A DNA stretch of 64,000 nucleotides from the human T2T-CHM13v2.0 reference genome, Homo sapiens: NCBI RefSeq assembly GCF_009914755.1, contig NC_060941.1. One strand, given 5' to 3'. Shown here piece by piece: positions 50,537 to 64,000 of this stretch; positions within the stretch are counted from its first letter, which is position 1, and each line of letters opens with the position of its first letter. A program made the translations under genes and the position numbers. The notes beneath the pieces are model-generated. The model was not told the DNA's origin. It saw nothing but the letters and a program-made list of their open reading frames with translations, and ran no database searches.

Positions 50537-52385
50537 AACACCATCACCATCACCACCACCACCATGACTACCATTTCCATCACCATCTCCATCACCACCA
50601 CCACCTGCACCACCACCACCACCTCCATCACCACCACAACCATCACCACCCACCACCACCACCTCCATCAACCACCAACGCCTCCATCACCACCACCACA
50701 ACCATCACCAACACAACCATCAACCACCACCACCACCACCTCCATCACCACCATCACCTCCATCACTACAACCATCACCACCACCACCACCATCACCACC
50801 ACCACCTCCATCACCACCACCACCTCCATCACTACCACCACCACCTCCATCACCACCACCACCTCCATCACCACCACCACCACCACCTCCACTGCCACCA
50901 CCACCTCCACCACCACCACAACCATCACCACCCATCACCATCCCCTCCATCAACCACCACCACCTCCATCACCACCACCACAACCATTACCACCACCACC
51001 ATCATCTCCCTCACCACTGCTGCCTCCATCAACCACCACCACCTCCATCACTACCACCACCTCCATCACCACCACCACAACCATCACCACCACCTCCATC
51101 AACTACCACCAACGCCTCCATCACTACCAACACCTCCATCACCACCACCACCTCCATTACCACCACCACCATCACCTCCATCACTATCACCACAACCATC
51201 ACCACCATCACCACCACCATCACCACCACCACCTCCATCACTACCACCACCACCTCCATCACCACCACCACCACCACCACCTCCACTGCCACCACCACCT
51301 CCACCACCACCACAACTATCACCACCCACCACCACCACAACCATCACCACCCACCACCACCACCTCCATCACCACCACCACCTCCACCACCACCACAAAC
51401 ACCATCAACCACCACCATCACACCTCCATCAACCACCACCACCTCCATTACCACCACGACCTCCATCACCACCACCATCACCTCCATCACTACCACCACA
51501 ACCATCACCACCATCACCACCACCATCACCACCACCATCACCACCACCTCCATCACCACCACCACCTCCATCACCACCACCACCACCTCCATCACCACCA
51601 CCACCACCTCCACTGCCACCACCACCTCCACCACCACCACAACCATCACCACCCACCACCACCTCTATCACCACCACCACCTCCACCACCACAACCCCAT
51701 CAACCACCACCATCACACCTCCATCAACCACCACCACCTCCATCACCACCACCACAACCATTACCACCACCACCATCATCTCCATCACCACCACCGCCTC
51801 CATCAACCACCACCACCTCCATCACCACCACCACCTCCATCAGCACCACAACCATTACCACCACCTCCATCGACCACCACCAACACCTCCATCACCACCA
51901 ACACCTCCATCACCACCACTACCACGTCCATCAACCACCACCACCACCACATCCATCAACCACCACCTCCATCATCACCACCACCACCACCTCTATCAAC
52001 CACAACCACCACTACATCCATCAACCACCACCACCACTTCCATCACCACCACCACCACCTCCATCATGACCACCATCACCACCATCACTACCATTTCCAT
52101 CACATCTCCATAACCACCATCACCACCTCCATCACCACCACCACCACAACCATCGCCACCACCCCCATCAACCACCACCACCACCTCCATCACCACCACC
52201 AAAACAGTCACCACCACCACCTCCATCACCACCACCACCACAAACACCATCACAACCATCACCACCACCACCACTACCACCTCCACCACCACCACATCAC
52301 CACCAAACCCCACCACCCATCTCACCTCCCCACCATTACCACTGCTGCCTCCACCACCACTGCCACTCCCATCACCACCAGCAGC
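50537..52385. repeat. Complex (CAC/CAT/CTC/AAC)n array, about 1.85 kb
   Basis: Continuous CAC-based triplet variants with almost no G on the + strand. Confidence 0.97.
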
Positions 52386-53419
52386 TGTCACAGCCTTTTA
52401 ACTGCTGTTCTCAATCCCATTTCCTGGTTTACTTCTATATTTCTAAAGTCAGCCTTTGCCAAAGCATATGACTCTGATGTTGGTTGCAGAAGAAGAGAGA
52501 ATCTTTCTGTCTAGTCCTGAGGTTCATCCTTGTTTTTCTGCCCTGTAAGTAGAGGTCTGTTTCCTATACCCCAGCCAGCCAACTGAGCAGCTCCTGCTCT
52601 CAGTCATTCAGGGTCACAATGAAGCCGCTTCTCTTCGACATTACAGCTCTCTGAGTCCATAGTTGTGCTCAAAGTTCCTTTTGTTTCTTTCATTATCAAT
52701 CTGATCCCTCCAGTCATCATGTGACTTCAGAAGCCATGTGCCCCAGGAACACTTCCCAGCCTCATAATTCTGGTATAAAGCCATCAGAACCACGACCCGA
52801 CTTTACATCTCCAGCCAGAATGGCATCTGTTCCTCTATCTCAGGATGCACTTTGAGAAGTGGGAGTTGCCACTTCCTTCAGTTGGTTTCTTTTTGTTGTT
52901 GTTCTTGCGATCTGACTTGCATACCCCAGAGTCTGGCATTTTAATTGTCCTCGGTGACATTATTAAAGTTCATTAATTTTAAGAGGTCAAGAAATCAAAG
53001 GCATAAAAACAGTTTGAGATAGTATTCCCCTCCAGCTAGTTTTTTTTCCTGTTTTGGCTGTGAAGAGTAGAGCAACACATACCTCAAAGGTGAGCCAGGA
53101 GGAGAATCCCTCACCTCCGTCCCTATGGGAAGAAAAGTTGATTTATCCCCATTCCAGCTCCCTGAGTGGACAACTCCAAACCCTTGCCACCCGCTATAAA
53201 GTCGCCTATCGTGTCCTTGAACACATGTATATTGAGATATTTAGTTGATTTGCACTTTAAAGAATCAAGATGAATAAGTGACATGAAATGAAACCAGTTT
53301 GAACACATTTAATAGAGTATAGAAAATCACTCTGAAATGCCAAGTGTAATCTTTGCCTTCAGCTTTCCAGTGGACATTAATGGCTAAATTCTGCCTCCAG
53401 TTACATAAATCATTTGATC

Positions 53420-53447
53420 AAAAAAAAAAAAAAAAAAAAAAAAAAAA
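53420..53447. repeat. Isolated poly(A), 28 nt
   Basis: No adjacent Alu or L1 body. Confidence 0.9.
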
Positions 53448-54071
53448 GAAGCTAGGCAGCATGAAAATCCTTGAAGCAATAAAGCCAAATTCTGAGATGG
53501 CATATAATTATATACTAGTTACCAGATTCTGAAATAGCATGCAATATGCCAAATAGATGTTTATTTCCTCTTGTTTTCTCAAAAGGGTCCCACCCAACCA
53601 CTGAAAGGAGTAGTATCAAAATAACTCAGGGCGAGGTTAGCCCTCCTCTCTTGCTGCTAGCACAGAGACCTGCAAAGACACTGAGAATTTGCTGCATACC
53701 AACACTTAGCGTATTTTAGGCTGTAGCAGGAATGGTTTACACAAGAGGTTTCTAAAGCCTTCAACTGGAGCCAGTTCATTAAAGGTGAGTGGAGTACAGG
53801 AAGGGACACACACCAAATGCAGATGATTTGGGATTCGTGTCTAGTTATTAGGTCTTAGCCTGTTTGTATGCCCTGAAATGGGGAATCCCTGGTCACACTG
53901 GACCTGGAGTGAAAGCTGGGATTTCCATAGGAAGTCACTGGCCAAACTCATTGATGATCCAGAGTGCCAATATCCACCCACCACAAAGTCACCATAGCCA
54001 ATTATCTAAATACACATGGGCTGTCTATGAGCTGAGTTACTGAGGGGTCACTAACGTCATGCAATTGATCC

Positions 54072-54354
54072 TTTTTTTTTTTTTTGAGACAGAGTCTTAC
54101 TCTGTCGCTGAGGCTGGAGTGCAGTGGCGTCATCTCGGCTCACCGCAACCTCCGCCTCCTGAGTTCAAGCTATTCTCCTGCCTCAGTCTCCCGAGTAGCT
54201 GGATTACAGGTGTGCACCACCACACCCGTCTAGTTTTTGTATTTTTAGTAGAGACATTTAGCCAGGCTGATCTCAAACTCCTGGCCTCAAATGATCCACC
54301 CGCCTCTGCCTCCCCAAGTGCTGGGATTACAGGCATGAGCCACTGCGCCCGGCC
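54072..54354 (-). mobile_element. AluS
   Basis: TSD CATGCAATTGAT. Confidence 0.93.
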
Positions 54355-54708
54355 TACATCATGCAATTGATTCTTAAACCACTACTTTAAATTCTTTCTG
54401 GAACCAGGCAAGGGATAGATTAATAATATAACAAAAAAAATTTGCTGCTCCCTGCAAAGCAGTTACTGTGGGTTGCCATTTACTTACTTCAATGATATTT
54501 AGAACATCTTAAAGACAACCAGATTTATTTTTTGCAGACCTTGTGGTAAGTGGTTTTGAAAATGCTCAATGAGAGTGGATTTGACTTTTAGGAATAGTCA
54601 CAAGTCAGCTGGCTCTAAGTCTGACAAGCTTAGTTGATAGCCAAGTTAGGCAACACAGGCTTTCATGAATGTCAAGGCAATTGGTTCAACATTGAAGAGG
54701 GAGACTCA

Positions 54709-55119
<411 letters not shown>

Positions 55120-55248
55120 TCATAAGCTCTGTGCAGGAAGCATGAAAAGAGTGCTGCAGTACTAGAGTGGTGGAAATATTCTAAAGTTATGATAGTTATG
55201 GCTGCAAACTTGGTAAATTTACTAAAAGTCTTTAAACTGTACACTTAA

Positions 55249-55566
<318 letters not shown>

Positions 55567-55849
55567 AGTAAAGTTGTTTTTAAAAACAGCTACTATGTGT
55601 ATGAGCACAGAGATTCCCTTTAGTTCTAAATTAAAACTATGATCCTCACCACCTTTGCCCAGGGGAGCAAGGTGAAGAAGGGGGAAGAAGACGTTGGCAA
55701 AGTGGTGAAGTGTAGGTTGGTTTTGCTTAGGTTTTGAGTCTTGGGCCTGCCTTTAAGTGAGGGAAAGCACAGAGGAGTATCCTATATTCCAATGGTATCG
55801 CCACATTTACATTTTAGATAGGTTTCAAGGAAACAGTCTGACAGATGGC

Positions 55850-56900
55850 AGGACTGGATGCTAGGAGGCCAGTTATAAGGATATTATAATGGTCTTGGAC
55901 AGAAATTAGGGAAGTTGGAACCATGGGGTGGCAACAGGGTAAAAAGGAAGGCACAAGTGCGTGAGTTCTTAGGTATACTTGGCAGGACTTGGTAACTGGT
56001 GGGATGGGGATGAGGAGGGAGAGGAAGAGACAGGGAAGGCTTAGACCATAGGAGGGGCAGCAGGGAGATGGACATGGGGATACAACCATGGACATATTTG
56101 ATTTCAGCTGCCTGTGTGACATCCAGGTAGACATAGCCAACTGGGAAATACACATATGACTCTGATGCTCTGGGGAGACCCAGGATTACAAGTCTTAGTA
56201 TAAAGTGGTGGTTGAACCATAGCAGAGGATGAGATGAGTCACAGTGACCTTGTGAACTAGAAAAAAATTGGGCTGAGATGGAACCCTAGGGAAATTAACA
56301 TTTGAGAGCCAGGGAGATGAAGAGTACATAGAAAAGAAAATGGAGAAAAATGTGAGAGAAACAGGAAGAAAATCAAGAGAGTGTGATGTCAGAGAGCCAA
56401 AGGAGGCTGGATATGGAGGCTCATGCCTATAATCCCAGCACTTTGGGAGGCTGAGACAGGAGGATGACCTGAGGCCAGGAGTTCGAGACCAGCCTGGGAA
56501 ACATTAAAAAAAAAAAAAAAAAAGAAAGCCAAAGAGTCATGTTTGAGAAGAAAGGAGTAATAACGTCAAAGGTAGTTAAGACTGCAGAAAATAAAGACTG
56601 GGAAGGAGCCCGGTGAATTTGGTTACTGACGTTAGCAGAAGAATTTCAGGAGAGGAGAGCGGAGGTGATGGTCGGGCTGAAGCAGGCCAGGGAATCCATG
56701 GGAGGGCAGGAAGCAGAGACAGAAATGGAGCTGGCTGTTTGGGGACATCTGGGATGAGGCAGGAAGAAGCCAGCGCTGCAGCTAGAGAAGGACACGATGT
56801 CTACAGAAAGCTTTGCTCTTTTGTTCTTAAGATGGGAGAGACTTAAGCACGTTCGTGGACTGAGCCAACAAGAAAGGAAATGTCAAAGCTACCAATGAGA
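55850..56900 (-). mobile_element. L2 fragment
   Basis: GA-rich L2 antisense motifs (GACATCCAGGTAGAC, GTGATGTCAGAGAGCCAAAG). Confidence 0.6.
56405..56523 (+). mobile_element. FLAM / Alu left monomer
   Basis: Monomer plus poly(A), TSD AGA.AGCCAAAG. Confidence 0.85.
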
Positions 56901-57269
56901 GGCCTGTGGATGGCAGGGGCTGGAGAGCAGAGGGCCTCAAATCAGGATCTCAGGCTGGGTACCAGCAGGAAGAGGGTCACTTCATCCTCCAAGATGTGGG
57001 GACTAGATGGTGTGTAGCCTGGAGCGAATGGGAGGAGGCTGAGTGGGTTCTCACCTGCCGGCCTTGGGGTCTTCATTTTGTTTTGTGTGAGTGTGTGAAA
57101 CCCGGCAGGGAGTTCTTTGTTGAAACTATGGAGGTTGGAGGTTTGAAAAGAGTGAAAAGGTTTAAAATCGTGATGATAACAGAGGGAGCTGATGGACAAG
57201 TAAATGTGTTGACGTGAGTCATCCTTCATTCTTTTCTTTCCCTCACTCCGCCTCTCCATCTATCAGCAA

Positions 57270-58259
<990 letters not shown>

Positions 58260-58625
58260 AAGGCAGTGTTAAGAGCCCAATGGAGATTAGAAAATAAAAC
58301 GGCAACGGCTCAAAGCCACACAGTTGTGTGATTTTCTTCAACAAGGACCATAAAACTATAAGATTGATTTTTTCCTACATGCCTGTTCTGGAGACAATTT
58401 CAAACAGGAGCCGGGTGGCAGAGGCATCTTTGTGAAAAGCAGTTAGACTCCCAGGGCGACCAGTGTGGATGTTTATGTTCTTATTTATTTTGCAGAAATG
58501 CCCTCGATTTTCTCGTCTTCTTATACGTGGGTTGGCACGTTGTGGGAGGAAATTGCTGACTCTGTTTCCAGCCCTAAAGCTAAGCCGTATTATACAGGTG
58601 AAATCAGGTTACTGAGACAGGTCTG

Positions 58626-58639
58626 GTTTCCTTGGTGAC
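58626..58639. promoter_or_regulatory. RFX X-box-like motif
   Basis: GTTTCCTTGGTGAC (rc GTCACCAAGGAAAC) in unique sequence; forkhead GTAAACA at 58923-58929. Confidence 0.3.
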
Positions 58640-59090
58640 CTGGGAGCTTTAGTTATATTTGAAATTGCTAAGAAGGGGAAAAACCTGATAACAGCAGTTC
58701 TGTGTTTTCCTCAGGGAAGGAGCGCTTTTCAATCCTCAGCCCAGGCTGAGGACGTGCCTTCCTGATTGGCAAGGGCTGAGGTCCCACCTCTGGTGGGATG
58801 ACTGACACTTTTTACCTGCTCCCAGGATCCCACAACCTAGTCTGGCAAGTTTGTCCTATGCCAGCTCCGGGTGACTGCAACCTCAGGATTCCTCAGGCTC
58901 CCTGTGTGTTTTGGTTTTGCACGTAAACACTGTAACTAGGGGGACCAGCAGTTAGCTCATTGTAAAATGTGCAAACCACCTTTCTTCTGGTGGGGATGAC
59001 AACGAAGGGCGTGTTATTTTACAAATGGTAGGGCGACCCAGTTAACTCTTTCATGTTTTCTTTCCTTCTCAGTTGGTTTGTCAAATTTAA

Positions 59091-59514
<424 letters not shown>

Positions 59515-59708
59515 TATCCCCGTTTTTTTTTTTTTTTTTACAGACGAGGATACAGAGAGGTGAAGTGGCTTTTGCTAGTTACATACCTAATCGGTGGGTT
59601 TGGATTTTAGAAAACTTTTACTGCTTATCATACGTTGATGCTGTATTCTGAATTCTCTCTAAATACTGCAAGAGAAGGCAGAAGACCATTCTTGCTTTCT
59701 GCAATTAC

Positions 59709-59798
59709 CTGATACTCAGAGTCCACCTTATGCTGCATGTCCCGCAGATACTGAACATCGCTGAAGAACTTCTGCCTGTCCCTTGCGTCATGCAACAT
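59709..59798 (-). CDS. MARCHF10: MARCHF10 first coding exon, CDS part (exon spans 59709-59815; 17 nt of 5'UTR)
   Basis: Acceptor tttatcttttctgtgcag|G at 59815, ATG at 59798 with A at -3, donor CAG|gtaatt at 59709. 90 nt encode MLHDARDRQKFFSDVQYLRDMQHKVDSEYQ, recognised as the MARCHF10 N-terminus. Confidence 0.95.
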
Positions 59799-60284
59799 GA
59801 TTCCTAATCCCTGACCTGCACAGAAAAGATAAACAAATGTGCTGTGTTAGAGTCCTTTGTCGTGATGCCGTATTTGGATTTATTTTCATCTAATTGCTTT
59901 TATTTGTGTATTCATCTAATTTCCCTTGTTTGAAAGGCACAGATGCTCCTTTCAAGCTGAAGGGACTTCTTGTGTTGCTGTTGATGCCCTTACAGTCCTC
60001 CTGTTCCAGGCATAAATAATGCAGCCACCTTCATCAAGCACTTCAGTGATCCTGTCCTGGTTACTCAGAGGGAGTTAGATTGACAGACACCTGATTCGGT
60101 TCTAGAGCATGACAAAAAGGAAAACCTGAGAGCCTAGCTAAATAAGCAGTGACCAAAGTTACAGGCCCCTGGTTACTTAAATTCATTTATGCAACAATGA
60201 TTGCACCGTTATTTCCATCCAGGGACTGTGCTGGACACTGGAGTATAGCAAGCAGCAAAGCAGACACGACCCTCATCTTTGCTC

Positions 60285-60582
60285 TTTTTTTCTTTTTTCT
60301 GAGACGGAGTTTTGCATTTGTTGCTCAGGCTGGAGTGCAATGGCCAGTCTCAGCTCACTGCAACCTCCGCCTCCCGGGTTCAAGCGATTCTCTTGCCTCA
60401 GCCTCCCTAGTAGCTGGGATTACAGGCACCTGCCACCACGCCTGGCTAATTTTTGTATTTTTAGTAGAGACAGGGTTTCATCGTGTTGGCCGGGCTGGTC
60501 TCGAGTTCCTGACCTCAGGTGATTCACTCGCCTCAGCCTCCCGAAGTGCTGGGATTATAGGTGTGAGCCACCGCACCTGGCC
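60285..60582 (-). mobile_element. AluS
   Basis: Full dimer. Confidence 0.95.
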
Positions 60583-61007
60583 TGTGTTGCTTATAATCCA
60601 GGGTGCGAGACTGACTTTGAGCAAGTGAATCCTAACTATGATAGGCCCTCTGAAGCAGAACTATGCGGCTCTTTGAGAGCGTTATTATGGGAGGGCATAA
60701 CCTGGTCTGGAGGGGTCAGGCAAGGTTTTCCTTAGGCAATGACACTGGGTTTGACAGAGTGAGCTAGCTGAGAAGTGGGACAGAGAGGACAGCAGGTGCA
60801 GAGGCTTCAGGCATGAAGGAGCAGGTGCAGATGAGGCAGACGGGAGGGAAGCAGTGCAGCTGGAGCAGAGATGAGGAAGGAACAGCCCCGGAAGGGCTGC
60901 AGGGGAGGCAGGGGCCAGCTCCCATGGGGCCTCAAAGGTCATGATTCAAAGAGTCATGGGAAACTCCTGAAAGCTTCCAGTCTGGGAAGTAAATGATTAG
61001 ATTCGTG

Positions 61008-61368
<361 letters not shown>

Positions 61369-61439
61369 TTGTATTTTAAAAAGATCCCTCCAGTTGCAGT
61401 ATGAGAATGGATGGGGTGGGGGTGATGGTGGTAGAGTAA

Positions 61440-61879
<440 letters not shown>

Positions 61880-61914
61880 ATAGTTACTCTTTACCGACCC
61901 TCTGGAAGGGATAG

Positions 61915-62115
61915 GCCTTGTTCTAAGCAGTTACATCAATTAACTCATTCAATCTTCTCAACAACGCAGTGAGGCCAGCACTAGATCTCTATTTCGCAGG
62001 TGAGGAAACTGAGGACCAAAGGGATTAAGTAACTTCCCTAAAGTTACGGAGCTAGTGAGGGGAAGAGTCGGGATGTGAACCCGGAGACTCGCTCCAGTAC
62101 CCACACTCTTAACCA
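61915..62115 (-). mobile_element. MIR
   Basis: CAGGTGAGGAAACTGAGG...AAGTAACTTCCC. Confidence 0.75.
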
Positions 62116-62864
62116 AGGGATTCAAGGGATGCTCAGGACAGAAAGTCATCAGGGCTTGCGATTATATGAATGGACCAGGGGTGGAAGTCTCAGGGATGCC
62201 CAGGTTACTGGCTTGAGCAGCCAGTGGGTTGGTGCCAGCATTCGCTTCAGAAAACACAGGAGGAGCTGCTTTGTGAGGAGACAGCATGGCGTCACAAGTG
62301 TCTGCGGTGCGGCAAACGGAGATGTCAAGTGTGCTGTCAGACGCAGGGCTCTGGAGCTGACCGGAGAGGTACAGATTTGGGCACTGCTGGCATTCTGTGA
62401 TAACTGAAGTTGAAGGAAGAATGGGAACGAAAAGAGAAAGAGGACACAGGGACAAAACCTCGTGAAGAACACGAATATTTAGAGAACAAGCCGCTGAAGA
62501 GAAACTCTGCGGAAAAAAAAGAAAAAGCCAGAGAGGCAGGAAGAAACCAGGTGGGTGCCGTTTCAGAGATGCCCAGAAGAGAGGGTTTCAAAAAGGAGGC
62601 TATTAATAACCTTGGTGAGAGCATTCATTGGAGTGACGGGGCTGGGAGGGCTGCAGAAGGTTGCGTAAATGGGAGGCAAAGGCGTGGAGATCATGCTTTC
62701 AAGAAGTTTGGCTTTGACTGGCATGGCCCAAATTTATGGCCAAGATATCTAAGCTCACAAAGGGATAAAATGGCACTGTTAATAACGACCCCTCATCTAT
62801 GGGGTCATCAAAGCCCCCACACTATTCCTGTTTGTTGTCTACTGAAGCTCTTTCATTTATTTCT

Positions 62865-62883
62865 ACACACACACACACACACA
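62865..62883. repeat. (AC)n microsatellite
   Basis: Direct reading. Confidence 0.9.
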
Positions 62884-63691
62884 TATTTTTTACAACTGCT
62901 GTGTGTGACAAGGGCTGCTAGGCTCTGGGGAAACATCAGGATGGGACAGGCGACATCTCTACCTTCAGGTGTATACGTTCTGCGGCATTCCCTCGCTCCT
63001 CCTGTTTATTCAGTTGTGCAGATATTGGCAGAGTCAGGCCGCCCCGGACTCATGGTGACCCAGCGTCTGGTCTGGTAGTTATGAAATCTCACATGGTTTA
63101 TCATCTGGCCCTGAACAATGGGGAAAACTTGTGCTCGTCTCTTGGGGGCTATTTTCTCTGGAGTATGGAAAGTTGGTCTTTTGACAGTCAGAATCTGAAA
63201 CTACAATCCAATGTGTATTTCCAGTCTACACACAAAACATACATTTTGTCTCTAAGCATTTTAATAATCACTTATGGGACTATGTTTTAAAAGATCACTT
63301 TTAGCTTTTCATCTGAATGTGTACCTGCATAGAATGAAGTTACCTTTGCACTCTTTTCAGAAAACGATGGTGTTAAAACAGGCAGAAGGATAAGCTCCTG
63401 CTGCTACTGTGGGAAAGAGAAGCCTGTCTGAATCTTATTCAGGCAGAGACCATAAAGACTCATAATAAAAATATGTTAATGGTCACTAAAGGGGAGCATC
63501 CCAGAGTCCACTTGGATGATACATTTTGGTTGCCAAAGTTAATATAGAAAGCCGGTTAATCTATCACGGCTTTAGAGCAGGGTTAATTTAAGGAGGCTTC
63601 TAAGTCAAGAGGCATGAAATAACTTTGTCTAAATAGGAAGTAGCACCCTTTGAATTACTTGCTAAGTTACCTCTGACTTCACAATCACCTA

Positions 63692-64000
<309 letters not shown>

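Noticed and set aside
50507-52069. 520 aa + strand ORF (poly-T/H/P) and overlapping poly-V/G ORFs on the - strand
   Set aside because: Translation of the CAC array, which rarely forms stops; no splice or domain evidence.
62410-63078. 222 aa + strand ORF
   Set aside because: TTG start inside purine-rich L2 remnant, runs through a (CA)n repeat, no recognisable domain.

Overview
This is human/primate genomic DNA, not prokaryotic: about 48 Alu copies, one 5'-truncated L1PA, MIR/L2/MER/LTR fossils and a human-specific AluYb8. The window lies inside the minus-strand gene MARCHF10 (MARCH10/RNF190, a RING-CH E3 ligase of spermatid flagella). Four coding exons with canonical splice sites join in phase: 59815-59709 (ATG at 59798), 46659-46540, 18066-17895 and 2588-2436. 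They give MLHDARDRQKFFSDVQYLRDMQHKVDSEYQ|ACLRRQEY...SSKQ|SSSEEDAL...PSEPSP|ADQAPMVLLRKRKPNLRRFTV...VPRGA, which I recognise from memory as the MARCHF10 N-terminus. The first exon and the RING-CH exons lie outside the window. The most interesting signal is a cluster of alternative exons in the intron before the 2588-2436 exon. One is a complete candidate alternative terminal exon (acceptor 8596, in-phase 112-codon Pro/Cys-rich ORF, stop inside a 5' splice site, AATAAA at 8058-8053) that would make a RING-less protein of about 239 aa. The others are in-frame cassette candidates at 5038-4925 and 4415-4320. Also notable is a 1.85 kb complex (CAC/CAT)n array with higher-order structure, rich in PRDM9-type 13-mers. 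Repeat boundaries and subfamilies were called by eye and are approximate.
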